This document shows positions 1 through 10,832 of a stretch of DNA of 64,000 nucleotides, piece after piece; positions within the stretch are counted from its first letter, which is position 1, and every line of letters starts with the position of its first letter. Made by a program: the position numbers and the translations under genes. The notes beneath the pieces were generated by a model that did not search any database, was not told the origin of the DNA, and saw only the letters and a program-made list of their open reading frames with translations. Origin of the DNA: a bacterium (GTDB taxonomy: Bacteria; UBA8248); contig CBDBZY010000016.1 in assembly GCA_965213685.1 (NCBI GenBank), forward strand, positions 448,001 to 512,000, written 5' to 3'.

Positions 1-194
1 ACAAGATGTATGCATGCGTAGTAATAATAGTAATAATGCATGGTATAATCTTTTGTGACTGTGATATAAAATGGAGTCTAATATCACACATAATTATATC
101 ACATGCTACCATTTTTGCTCCCACCTTCCCTTCCTCCCTCCCTCCATCCCTCCATCCCTCCCTCCCCTCCCCTCCCCTCCCTCCTACCCTACAG

Positions 195-352
195 CCTTCT
201 TCCTTGGTGGCAGTCCAGAGCTGACCACAGACTCCCTCATCTACACCAGCAACGACAGACAACACTTACGCACTGAAGCCATGGGCACAGTCCACCTCAG
301 ACTGGCTGTACTGCTGAGAAACTTTGAGAAATTTGGAGTTGAATTCACATAA
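195..352 (+). CDS. B9D2: Terminal coding exon of B9 domain-containing protein 2 (ciliary transition zone)
   Basis: CT-rich tract and CAG acceptor at 192-194, then [52 protein letters not shown], which resembles the recalled B9D2 C-terminus (AFVGGGPQL...[21 protein letters not shown]). Confidence 0.85.
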
Positions 353-806
353 CTATGAAGTATGAAAACGTCACGTTTGATTGTGATACGTGGCACGTGG
401 GCAGTCGCGGGGAATTACCCGCGTATTACTACCGAGAGATAGGGGACTAACCCACACACTCGGTGCTAAAAATACCTCTATCTCTTGACAGTCGAACACA
501 ATAATTTTCCCCAAACCGCTGCCTGGTCCACTTTCCTGGCGTCCTGCACTGAATGCCGGTTCAATTCAGTCTGCAGCGTGTCTGCGCAGTTCCGGACGCA
601 TACGTAGTCTGGTAATTGTTGGTCATGGGTGAAAGGTCTAAGGCATATTCTACTCCACCCATAAAAGGCTATAATTTATACGCGCTGCTGCGTGCACTCA
701 GACAATGCATAACGAGTAGCATAGTGAAATATTTCCGCTTTAGCTTAAAGAAAGACCCACGAGCCCTGTGACTACTTGTGAGGAGCCACCGAGCCGCTTT
801 TGTTAG

Positions 807-995
807 GTAAGTCTTTGACAATGCATCCCAGAGAACGGTACCGGTATATAGACACTGCCATCACTCTGCATGGGTTGTGCTAGTCATGTACGTAGTATCA
901 TACTCACGGTTGGTCTTGCCCGGTACAGCGTGGCTGGCAGATGAACCGAAGTTAAGAGGTTCAAGTCTGAATTAGAGCTAAATTTGATCCTACAG
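807..995 (+). other. Probable 5'UTR intron of receptor gene 1
   Basis: AG|GTAAGT donor at 807 and TCCTACAG acceptor ending at 995, 12 nt before the ATG at 1008. Confidence 0.5.
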
Positions 996-1007
996 GGTGA
1001 TTGACAG

Positions 1008-4000
1008 ATGAAGCTGAACTCACTGCACTCTCTTCCTCTGGTGCTGCTTGCCATCTGCATCTCTGTGGCTGCATATGGAGAACCACTACTGCTGGAGTCA
1101 TATGAGCACACAGTGTATGTGGACTGTAGCAACCCCAATGCCACTGATGATGCCACTTGTGGAAGCCACACCCACCCTTGTTGTACCTTCTCCTATGCTG
1201 TGAGTGAGCGAGTGCTGAACTCCACTCAGGTGGTGGTCAGCAGTGGAAACTACTCACTGAACTGCACAATCAGCTTGTCTGGGCTTACCAATATAGCCCT
1301 GATTGGTATTGTGAATGGGTCATCCCAACCTGTGGTGACAGTGACATGTGAATCTGGGGCAGGCCTCAGCTTTGTCCACTCCAGTGGCATCACTATCCAG
1401 AATGTGCACTTCTCTGGCTGTGGGGCTCTGCAGAACAGCACGAGCCGTAACTTCAGTGACCACAGCTTCTCCTTCATGCAGTTTCCTGTGGGCATGTACT
1501 TCCTGTTCTGTCAGCGCATCAACCTGACCGGAGTGAGTGTCACCAACAGCACAGGGACAGGAATGGCTGTGTATGCTACTGGTGGACTCAACTACATCCA
1601 CAACTGCAGTTTCCTCTATAACAGACCCCCCAACAACAACTGCAGTTTCCTAGAAAATACGCCATCAAGGTTTGGTGGGGGAGGTCTTTATATCGAGTTT
1701 CCCTACTGTTCACCCACAAATCAAACGAGTTGTACCACTATCCAGGATAGTGAGTATAACTCTAATGCATCCTACAATATATCCGAATCATTGTTCAGTG
1801 GGAACGTTGCACTAGAAACAGAGGCAAGCATTCATGAAAGCCAGTACAATTTTCTGCCCCCTGACCCCCACTATCACAACACTGCAGGGCATGGTGGTGG
1901 TATAGCACTGTACCTGTGCAGGGCAAATGATATTCATATCTCAGTCACTGAATGTAAGATAGAGCGTAACAAGGCCTACTTTGGTGGTGGTATTGTAGTA
2001 AGTTTTGAAGAGTACAGTGTGAACAATAGAGTAGAAGTGTTTGGTAGTACTTTCAGTGACAACCACTGTGTATACCGCAGTGCCTTTGGTGGTTCTGGTG
2101 GAGGGATGACAGTACTCTTCAAGTTCTCCTACCAAGCAAGCCACACACACAACAGTATGTCTGCGAACCACTCCCACTTTGCAAATAACACGGCATATTT
2201 TGGAGGGGGATCTGTCATCAAAGCATCTCCCGAGATGGAACAGACTGACCCCACAAACAGTGTGTACTTCAATGAGTGTGTCTGGACTGGGAATTACGGG
2301 ACAGTGGGAGCTGCTCTGTTAGCCTCAGCCTACAACATATCTGCCAAAAGAGGTGCCCTATTGAAACCTGTTTTTGAGAGCTGCACTTTTGAGAACAATA
2401 CTGGGGACATCCCTGGCATTGTCACAGCAGATTACCTTCCAATTGCATTCAGTACTAATGTTAAGTTTCTTAACAATGGAAATAGTTCTCAGGCTTCTTC
2501 CCCCCTCACTATTGACCAAACCCGTGTAGATTTCTTAGAGAACTGCCAGGCTACCTTCCATCACAACAAGGCAGCGTATGGTGGTGCCATATCACTTCAT
2601 GGGTATGCCTTCATAATAGTACACAGAAATACTTCTCTAAACTTCTCACGCAATTATGCACAGCGAGAAGGTGGAGCAATTTACCAGGATCCTACCAATA
2701 CCGGACTCCTAACCAGTGGAAACTGTTTTGTGCAGTATATAAATAGTTCTGTACATCCCAAAGACTGGGAAACCAACTTCATATTTGATTTTAATCGAGA
2801 AAATGTTCATACCTCTAACCCCGAGTGCAATGCAATGGTACTGGGTTCATTAATTCCATGCATTTGGAATGGCTACACATACAGTCGATCTCAGAATGAG
2901 ATGGTCTTGAGCAAAGTGTTCTGCAGTGATCGCAACAACTGGACATTTCGATCAAACTCTACTAATTGTAGCTGTAGCAATCAGACACGAACCTTACCAA
3001 ACAGAATGACAAATAAATCATTGAATGTGATCCCAGGGCTTCGCAGTCCTCTCAACATAACACTGCTTGATGACTACAGCAAAAATGTGACAAAATATGC
3101 AGTCCTCAATGTGTGGCCTGCCACTAACAGTGCCATAAGCTTACCTCCAAACGCCTTGTATGTAACTGATGACTCTCTAGTAATGTATGGTGAAAGCATG
3201 CATAATGGAACATTGGATGTTGACACTCTGCCTCCTCGCCATCTCTTTGCCTCTGTTCCTGTTCATTTCCAGCAGTGCCCACCTGGCTTTGTGCAGACCA
3301 ATACTACTGATGGACACAAAACCTGTAGCTGTGAAAGAGGAGGTTTTGAAGGCAGTGTGCAGTGTGATGGCAGTGGCAATGCCAACCTAAGACGAGGCAT
3401 GTGGATAGGCAAGGTGAGAAGCTCTGATGACTACGTAGTTGGGCAGAGCCCTCACATCAGGTCTGGTGCTTACTCAAGTGTAGTCCTTCCTCAGAACAAT
3501 GTATCTGCACTAGATGACCTGTTATGTGGGCAGCTGAACCGTGAGGGAACCCTGTGTGGTCGTTGCAAAAAAGGGTACGGTTTTGCAGTTAGTACATACA
3601 TCTGCCACCATAAATGTGTTCACTGTAAAGGCAATTCTCCTAAATACGGCTGGACATATGTAGCATTCGAACTCATACTTATCACAGGGTTTTTTCTTAT
3701 TGTAATGACATTCAACATAAGCGCCACTTCTGGTGCTATGAATGCCTTTGTGTTCTTTGCTCAGGTAATGGCAGGGAGCTTCTCTATTAATGCCTCTGGT
3801 GATATTCCACTTGAGACAATCACCCATCGTTCTGACAGCTTGGTAGAAATATATGCTTCGCTCTATGGTATTTGGCGTCTAGACTTTATCTTCCCCAACC
3901 TTTGTTTGTCTCCACATCTCACAGCACAAAACGCATATCTCTTGCTCTACTTCAAAGCAATCTATCCAGTCTTTTTAATTTTGGTTTTCCTTGCTGTGGT

Positions 4001-5087
4001 GTGGCTCCATGACCACGGAGTTCAGCCGTTCTACAGCTGTGGTAAGTGGGTCAGCAGGCAGCTGCGCAGGCTACGAAAACCATGGACAGTTCAGAAAACA
4101 GTGATACATGCACTAGCAACCTTCCTTGTGCTCTCCTTCACCAAATTCACAGAACTGTCATTCTTCATCCTAGCTCCAGCACGACTTATTCACCATGATG
4201 GCTCTATAGTCACCTGGGTACCACGATACTATGGAGAGCTCAAGTATCTTAGTGCTGTTCACATCCCATACTTTCTTGTTGCCACACTTTTCCTCATACT
4301 CTTTGTAATACTTCCAACTCTACTTCTTCTCTTGCTTCCTGCTAGGACGAAGTGGGGCAAGCTGTTCTTTAACAAGGCTTTCAAAATTCTTCATATTAAT
4401 CCAGATGGACGCTTGCACATTTTCTTGCAAACCTTCCAGGGGAGTTTCAAGGACGGTTCAGGCTCAAAGGGTGAAATAAATTGCCAAATATTTGCTGGCA
4501 TTTATTTGCTACTCCGATTTGTCATCTTCATGCTTGCATCACTGCTCCCATCAAGAGACTATCTTATCTACCAACAGTTTGTATGCAGCATAGCCATATT
4601 GCTCTTTGCTATCTTCAGGCCTTACCGCGAGAACCGCTACAACATCTTAGATATCAGTGCATTCACACTCCTCGGTACAATCAACCTACTCACCATATTC
4701 AACAGCCTCCTTGTGGCAGTGGATGTGGAGTTGTCTCCTGTGCTCTTCACTGTCCAGTATGTACTTGTCTTTGTGCCACTTATCATCATGATCATCTGGT
4801 TCTCGTACACTATCATCAAACACTGTTGTGGCAAACATATCAAACTGAAGAGTTTCCAATCGACTGACACACCCTCCACAATTGATTCTGCTTTCTTAGA
4901 TTTCAGGAGAGATGCAAGTCTACGAGAAGGAGAGAGCAGACACAGGAATCGCTGCATCAGTGCCAGGAAGAAGACACTTGAGTCCTATAATGTTGTGCAT
5001 GACTCAGCTGGAGGAGAGGAAGAGTGTAATGATGAGTCATCGCCACTGATTGCTAGTGGACCAACATATGGTGCTAATCAGCACTAG
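1008..5087 (+). CDS. Receptor-like gene 1 (1359 aa): leader 1, N-module, ectodomain A, membrane domain A, tail X
   Basis: Uninterrupted ORF with a signal peptide, FxxN/GGAI motifs (FHHNKAAYGGAI, FSRNYAQREGGAI), many NxS/T sequons, Cys-rich CPPGF...NREGTLCGRC...C, ~9 hydrophobic segments and a FQGSFKDG/RPY motif. Confidence 0.9.
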   Translation: MKLNSLHSLPLVLLAICISVAAYGEPLLLESYEHTVYVDCSNPNATDDATCGSHTHPCCTFSYAVSERVLNSTQVVVSSGNYSLNCTISLSGLTNIALIGIVNGSSQPVVTVTCESGAGLSFVHSSGITIQNVHFSGCGALQNSTSRNFSDHSFSFMQFPVGMYFLFCQRINLTGVSVTNSTGTGMAVYATGGLNYIHNCSFLYNRPPNNNCSFLENTPSRFGGGGLYIEFPYCSPTNQTSCTTIQDSEYNSNASYNISESLFSGNVALETEASIHESQYNFLPPDPHYHNTAGHGGGIALYLCRANDIHISVTECKIERNKAYFGGGIVVSFEEYSVNNRVEVFGSTFSDNHCVYRSAFGGSGGGMTVLFKFSYQASHTHNSMSANHSHFANNTAYFGGGSVIKASPEMEQTDPTNSVYFNECVWTGNYGTVGAALLASAYNISAKRGALLKPVFESCTFENNTGDIPGIVTADYLPIAFSTNVKFLNNGNSSQASSPLTIDQTRVDFLENCQATFHHNKAAYGGAISLHGYAFIIVHRNTSLNFSRNYAQREGGAIYQDPTNTGLLTSGNCFVQYINSSVHPKDWETNFIFDFNRENVHTSNPECNAMVLGSLIPCIWNGYTYSRSQNEMVLSKVFCSDRNNWTFRSNSTNCSCSNQTRTLPNRMTNKSLNVIPGLRSPLNITLLDDYSKNVTKYAVLNVWPATNSAISLPPNALYVTDDSLVMYGESMHNGTLDVDTLPPRHLFASVPVHFQQCPPGFVQTNTTDGHKTCSCERGGFEGSVQCDGSGNANLRRGMWIGKVRSSDDYVVGQSPHIRSGAYSSVVLPQNNVSALDDLLCGQLNREGTLCGRCKKGYGFAVSTYICHHKCVHCKGNSPKYGWTYVAFELILITGFFLIVMTFNISATSGAMNAFVFFAQVMAGSFSINASGDIPLETITHRSDSLVEIYASLYGIWRLDFIFPNLCLSPHLTAQNAYLLLYFKAIYPVFLILVFLAVVWLHDHGVQPFYSCGKWVSRQLRRLRKPWTVQKTVIHALATFLVLSFTKFTELSFFILAPARLIHHDGSIVTWVPRYYGELKYLSAVHIPYFLVATLFLILFVILPTLLLLLLPARTKWGKLFFNKAFKILHINPDGRLHIFLQTFQGSFKDGSGSKGEINCQIFAGIYLLLRFVIFMLASLLPSRDYLIYQQFVCSIAILLFAIFRPYRENRYNILDISAFTLLGTINLLTIFNSLLVAVDVELSPVLFTVQYVLVFVPLIIMIIWFSYTIIKHCCGKHIKLKSFQSTDTPSTIDSAFLDFRRDASLREGESRHRNRCISARKKTLESYNVVHDSAGGEEECNDESSPLIASGPTYGANQH

Positions 5088-5541
5088 TACCTCAACTCTA
5101 CCTCCTGTTATTCTTGCATTGTCCTTTCTAGTATTGTTGCTTTTGTATTGTAGCATTAAGTGTATGTATTAATGTAGAATACATTCCTGTGTTTTTCCTA
5201 TGGGATATCAATGTTGTGCATAATTTACCCCCTTTGTTTAGCCTATACTGAGTGATGAGATTCTGCACTAATAGTTCACAGTTTGTTGAACTTACTGTAT
5301 GCATTACCTGCAAAATTTTGATGATACAAATACACTGCAGAAGAGCTCGAGTGTATTGTGTACATATTGCACGCAAAGTCTATATAGTAACAGCTACTCC
5401 CATATAATACAGCTATTTTGGGCTATGCTATGATAAGGAAGTGTTGTGATTGTGTAGCACATGGAAGGGAACCGTGGGCACTGCTACACAGGTACAACTC
5501 ACATAACAACGGTCTCTGAAAGGAACAGCTCTGTTACAATA

Positions 5542-5918
5542 CCGTATGGCGCTTAGGTCTTTATCTTTGCGAATTTCGCGAACCTTGGAGGCATTCGCGA
5601 AATTTTGAGACTCCGCCCACCAAAAATCCGATCTCGCAAGCATTCTGAAGCCACGCCTTTAGCTAGCGTTAAGCGAGTTGCAAGCTGCTAGATGCAAATA
5701 TCTGATGAACACGGTATTGTAATCACGCACCGTTGCTGTAACCTCGGGAGCTGGCACGTCTGACAGCTTGCACTAAAGTTAGTATGTTCCGCCCACACTA
5801 TCGTGCCTGGGCGCGTAGCATCTAGCGCCTACGAGCGTGGGTGTGCTGAGCGAAATTAAAATGTCCAAAACAGCTTTTCGCGAAATTTTAGACCCACGAA
5901 ATACAAAGCGCCATACGG
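5542..5918. mobile_element. MITE, Tc1/mariner-pogo type
   Basis: 13-bp TIR CCGTATGGCGCTT (5542-5554) / AAGCGCCATACGG (5906-5918), flanked by TA on both sides. Confidence 0.8.
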
Positions 5919-5920
5919 TA

Positions 5921-6660
5921 TACGCTTCACTCTATGGTAGACTATTTGGTGTCTAGACTTCAGCATTTGTTTGCATCCACTACTCACAGCGCAAAACGCA
6001 TATCTTTTGCTCGTTCACCAAATTCACGGAAGTTTCTTTTATCATCTTAGCTCCAACATCGCTAATTCACAATGATGGTTCTATAGTCACCTGGGTACCA
6101 TGGTATTCGCTGGCATTTATATGCTCCTCTGATTTGTCATCTTCATGCTTGCATCACTGCTCCCATCAAGAGACAATCTTATCTACCAACAGTTTGTATG
6201 CAGCGTAGCCATAATTATTTCTTTGCTATCTTCAGGCCTTACCGCGAGAAATGTTAAAACATCTTAGATATCAGTGCATTCACACTCCTCGGTACAATCA
6301 ACCTACTCACCATATTCAGCAGCCTCCTTGTGACAGTGGTGGGTGTGGAGTTATCACCCATACCTATACTCTTCACTGTCCAGTATATGTACTTGTGTTT
6401 GTGCCACTTATCATCATGATCATCTGGGTCTCGTACACTATCATCAAACACTGTCTGTCTCGATGTATGGGTTCCAATGCATCTGAGAGGTCACCACTGG
6501 TGCCCTTCCCTAAAGACACAGATGATGAGACATCTGAAGCCCCTCCGTTGTTGTCTGCTGATGAGGAATACTGACTCTTTGTGAAGCAACACTAAACCAG
6601 TCCTATGGACAGTCAACCAGCTGAACATATGGAACCAATAGCAGTGACAGTTAAGCTGTT
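5921..6660 (+). pseudogene. Internally deleted receptor pseudogene: membrane domain A joined to tail Y
   Basis: Collinear blocks match gene 1 at ~3850-3945, ~4137-4222 and ~4490-4826, with deletions and frameshifts. It continues as CLSRCMGSNASERSPLVPFPKDTDDETSEAPP, the tail of genes 3-5. Upstream ~5430-5535 matches the upstream region of genes 2-4. Confidence 0.85.
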
Positions 6661-7064
6661 ACTAGACTGTGTGTGCAATATGTGCACAATACACTCTTCT
6701 GCAGGTATATTTTTTCTGTTTTTGTTAGTGCGTATATAATTTTGCAGATAATGCGTACAGAAGTTCAACGAATCTCATCACTCAGTATAGGCTAACAAAG
6801 GGGATATATATATATCAGAGAGTCGGTAGACTCTCTATGTAGGGATGGCGCCGACACGCCCATAGTGCGTGTACATAGGAAAGCCTTCTTAACTGGCGAA
6901 CGCTCGCGTTCTAAGCCTTTCTGGGCCCCTAGCTATTCTATTCCAGTGATTCTCTACCCAACAATACCCCCCAAGTAGCTAAAATGCATCCCTTGACATA
7001 CTACCAGAAAACTCTCCGAAGGTCGTTTTGTCTTTCTTCCTATTCTTCTTCTTCTTCTTCTTAA

Positions 7065-7638
7065 GGCAGGACGACCCTAAGACATGATTTTGCCTGATTT
7101 ATGTTTTATTGTATTCTCCTAATGATGCCTGTTAGCGAAATAACGTAGTTTTGCGTGATATGTCGGTTCATAGAATTATAAAACTTACGCAATATGCATA
7201 TCGCTTATTATAGAAAAAAAATTTGCCAATAACGGCTAATGCTGCAGAGACGAAACTTCGGTGGATGATTACTAAGCATGTTGGCTATCTAAGTTTGCTT
7301 TAAAAATCCGTGCTAAATCTTTCTTTCTAGACATATAATCGTTTTCTTCGTGCTGCAGAATTTAGAAAAACGGTAGCAAATTCTGCCGTAAAGTAGCAAG
7401 CCAAGCCTCGAGCAACCCATTGCGCATAAACTAGTTCACTCCCCTTTGGCGAGCATCCACCTCTTCACCGGTTGGCGCCACACAGCGCCGCACGTCCAAC
7501 GGTAGCGGGAAATATGAATTCTTTCCCAGCGAATTTGCAACCGCGCCAAAGAATTGCTGTCGTTTTAGCGTTGGTAAATGTAGGGGGAAAGCGACGGTAG
7601 AGTAATTGACGAAGAACGCAATCATGACTCGTCCTCCC
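7065..7638. mobile_element. TTAA-target MITE (Kolobok-like GG..CC termini)
   Basis: TTAA|GGCAGGACGA ... TCGTCCTCCC|TTAA; TIR matches 9/10; TTAA at 7061-7064 and 7639-7642. Confidence 0.65.
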
Positions 7639-7727
7639 TTAAGAGATTTCTTTAGACTAACGTATCTCAAAACTGGCTGAAGTAATCACCGTAGTTCTTC
7701 AACGGATCCACTGTAATCACTACCAAG

Positions 7728-10136
7728 TTTTTTTTTTTTTTTTTTTTTACTGGAGAAAGGACAAATAACAAATGCAAGGATGAGGCGAATACCATACAGA
7801 GCAAATAAAGCCATTCAAAACAAACAAAAAAAATAAGTATACAGTATATGAAACTAAACTGTTCACGCATGACACACAAAGGTTTACAAATGGCAGGAAA
7901 GACCTGCCTCAGAAGTAACAAGGTCAATAAGAGGAACCGGCTGCCTCATCGCGTGGCCAACAGTAGAACGAGCACCTCTAATACACCGGATGGATGATCG
8001 TAGGAGGGAAAAAGAGAGAGCACATCTGATCCAGGCAATAGTGGAGCTGTAGGGCTGGTCATGTTTGGAGGAGAGCATGGAGGCAAGCCTCTTGTAACAG
8101 ACAGTGGCAACTTTTCCCAAACCTCCAGTGAGTGACAGGACGAGTGGAGTGAATGAGCTGTGCTCAATTTCACGGACCCTCTGTTCATAGGCACGTTTTT
8201 TTATGTTCTCATGCTTTCTGTAGCAAGTAGCAAGAGGTTGCCTGTTTGAGGGAGCATATGGGTTAAAAACCCTTACATCAAAGAAAGCTCTCTCATACTG
8301 GCCTCCCCAAAAGCCACTGGCAGCCACATCCAATCTGGCACCGTCCTCAGTGATGGCAGAGGAACTGGCGAAAGTTTCCCCAGTGAGTGGCTGAAGGGAA
8401 GGTTCTATTGAGACGTCATGGCAGACTTCTGACAGTAGGTTAGCAGTGAGGTCTCGGATCTCATTGTGTCTTAAGGTAGGGAAGCCACCTTTCTGACAGG
8501 AGAGGACATGCTCCAGGGAGAAGTTGACACCACAGGCACAGATTGCAGGGGTATTCAGTGGTTGCCAGCCATACCGGATGGCAATGGCATCTCTGAAAGC
8601 TCCCTTGTGGAGAGTGAATCCAAATTCTTCCAAAGGGAGGGCCGTGAGCCAGCTAGAGGCTCCTTTTTCCTGGGCAAGGTCTATTGCACGTTGTGTAGAA
8701 GTATCGACAGTAGCTCTGAGAGTTGCTGCGGTAGCCTTTGTTCTCTCACGATTTTGCTTGTGAACTTCTATCTTGGCTGTCAGTTGTGCCTCAATGCACT
8801 CAAGGGGGTATTCAGAACATTGTTGTAATATGAGGTCTTTCAGTGGTGCAGCTATCTTAGTGGATGAAAGATATTCGTGGGTCAAGAGAAGTGTGGGATT
8901 AGTAATGCCAAGGCCACCCAGTCTCACAGGCAGAGAAAATAACTCACGATCAGTGTCATTGGAAGGAGCTCTACCAGTTAGAACAGGGATGAAATGGAAT
9001 CTAATGTATTCTTCCAGGGGCTGCAGCAGCAACTCAATGTTGGGGGTAGTTCTACACAGATATGAGAATTTGTGCACATAGCCATGTGTGTAGGCTGCAA
9101 AAGCCACATGTGGCTGAACTCTGGCAACATCAACTAGTTGTGTTAGCTCTTTCTTCCACTGCTGAACTTTTTCAATGACAAAACTGTTGGTAAACTCATC
9201 TGAACCTATAGCAGACCCAAGATATGCTCTGCCATCTGAAGTGATATTAACCTGCGTATCCTGAAAAATATTTCTAGCATTTTCAAGGTGTGTGTCCTTC
9301 GTCACAAGCCAGGTTTTCTTGGCATTCCCAAAGTAACTAAAGGCAGGTCCAGCGGAAGTGAGGTTATCCCACCAAACACGTAGGGATGTCAGTGATCCTG
9401 AAGCGGCAGCATCATCTGCATACCAGACCTGCATATTACTGGATGTACTGCTCAAATACTTGATAAGTGGAATGGTTGCCAGGGCGTACATGGGCATTGC
9501 CAGAGGGTCTCCCTGGGTAGTGCCCTCCTCTGAGAGCAGGGTGTGCCCATCCACATAGAGATCAGAAGAATCACGGTAGATGTTGATGAGGATGGTCGCT
9601 AAGGCAGGACAAAGATATCTGATGTTGTGCAAGGCAGATTCACGGTTGAGGGCATTGAATGCGTTGGTTGCATCAACAAGCAGAACAGCTTCTGTTTCCT
9701 CCTGTTGAAAGAAGGCTCTCAAAGCATGAATGGCAGCTTCTGTTCCAGCTGTTTGCCCAGCACATAGCTGTAGTGGCCCTACTGCCTCTTGTAGATCTGC
9801 TCTGGTGATAAGGAGGACTGCTTTGGAAACGATTCGTCTTGCAGTCTCACAAATGCCAATTGGCCTCACCCCAGGGCACTTGTCCAATGCAATGAGACGA
9901 CAAGCAAGAAACGCAGCCAGGCCCTTCGGGTCTACAAAAGTGGAGCATATCCTTCTAGCCAGCAGGGCAAGGGAGAGACATAGGTCCTGTGAGGCAGACT
10001 TAAAGGAGGTGCAAAGCCTCCTCCAGCAATGTGCATCAATCCCAGAGGGACCGGCTGCACCTCTGGTGCGAAGGGCCGCAGAGCGAATTGCAGTAGCATC
10101 GATCTGATCAAACACTACTGGGTGAAGTAGGGGTGC
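7728..10136 (-). mobile_element. 5'-truncated non-LTR retrotransposon (CRE-clade type, RT plus restriction-like endonuclease)
   Basis: Poly(T) at 7728-7748 is the poly(A) tail. TSD ATCACTACCAAG(T) at 7716-7728 and 10137-10149. Confidence 0.9.
7884..10136 (-). CDS. Reverse transcriptase, CCHC zinc knuckle and RLE endonuclease (N-terminally truncated, otherwise open)
   Basis: Motifs GPSGIDA, KCPGVRPIGICET, QGDPL, YADD, CACG...HVLSC..GG...RHN and RLD...FDVRV. No stops over ~750 codons. Confidence 0.9.
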   Translation of the reverse strand, partial: APLLHPVVFDQIDATAIRSAALRTRGAAGPSGIDAHCWRRLCTSFKSASQDLCLSLALLARRICSTFVDPKGLAAFLACRLIALDKCPGVRPIGICETARRIVSKAVLLITRADLQEAVGPLQLCAGQTAGTEAAIHALRAFFQQEETEAVLLVDATNAFNALNRESALHNIRYLCPALATILINIYRDSSDLYVDGHTLLSEEGTTQGDPLAMPMYALATIPLIKYLSSTSSNMQVWYADDAAASGSLTSLRVWWDNLTSAGPAFSYFGNAKKTWLVTKDTHLENARNIFQDTQVNITSDGRAYLGSAIGSDEFTNSFVIEKVQQWKKELTQLVDVARVQPHVAFAAYTHGYVHKFSYLCRTTPNIELLLQPLEEYIRFHFIPVLTGRAPSNDTDRELFSLPVRLGGLGITNPTLLLTHEYLSSTKIAAPLKDLILQQCSEYPLECIEAQLTAKIEVHKQNRERTKATAATLRATVDTSTQRAIDLAQEKGASSWLTALPLEEFGFTLHKGAFRDAIAIRYGWQPLNTPAICACGVNFSLEHVLSCQKGGFPTLRHNEIRDLTANLLSEVCHDVSIEPSLQPLTGETFASSSAITEDGARLDVAASGFWGGQYERAFFDVRVFNPYAPSNRQPLATCYRKHENIKKRAYEQRVREIEHSSFTPLVLSLTGGLGKVATVCYKRLASMLSSKHDQPYSSTIAWIRCALSFSLLRSSIRCIRGARSTVGHAMRQPVPLIDLVTSEAGLSCHL

Positions 10137-10272
10137 ATCACTACCAAGTACGATCTGTGCTAATAAAACTCTTAGTACGTTCCCAAATGGGCAGAAACTA
10201 GAAGTCCCCGACAACTTCCCATATTTGGGAAACCATTTTGTAATAGTTACTGTCACGTGGCGCAAACGGTAA

Positions 10273-10832
10273 GGTAGGGGCGGGGGTTTCTGGAAGGGGT
10301 GGGGTTCCCGGACACTGCCACTGAGTTTCTCTGAACGAATAAGCTTTCGGTCACCGTTCTTGGTACAAACATAAGAGTGTTCACTTAGCTCTGGCCCAGT
10401 GCTGTCTCCCTTGACCGTCTTTCAGAGATGCACGGAGAAAATCACGGCATGGATATTATAGACTACGTAATCTACGTAGCTTTTCCGTGTTATCTCTGAA
10501 AAAACGATCGAGGGAGACGGCACTGCACCATTGCAGAAGAGCTAAGTGAACGCCCTTATCTTTGCGCGTAGTCTATAGTATCTAGGGTTGTGGACTTTCA
10601 AAAGCGAGAGTGTCCGGGAACCCCCGCTGTTTTGATTTTTGGGAAATCTAGAACAACGGCCCAACAACGCTGAGCTGAAGTTCTAGATTTGCTTCAAACT
10701 TGGACCGTAAGTAGCCCACTCATACACGAGCTTATAAATAGCAGTAGCACTACTGGCTTCAAAGTACACTTGAAATATAGGGCTTAATACGGAAGCCACT
10801 ACAAAGTTTGTCCGGGAACCCCCGCCCCTCCC
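10273..10832. mobile_element. Second TTAA-type MITE with an internal foldback
   Basis: GTAA|GGTAGGGGCGGGGGTT ... AACCCCCGCCCCTCCC|TTAA; internal inverted repeat ~10371-10440 versus ~10481-10560. Confidence 0.55.

Noticed and set aside
7884-10265. RT next to variable receptor genes as a diversity-generating retroelement or dedicated diversifier
   Set aside because: It is a non-LTR retrotransposon with poly(A), TSD and an RLE domain. I saw no template/variable repeat pair with adenine-specific changes, and it is nested inside another insertion.
10137-10265. First ~43 aa of the 793-aa ORF
   Set aside because: Lies beyond the TSD, so it is chance read-through into flanking DNA.
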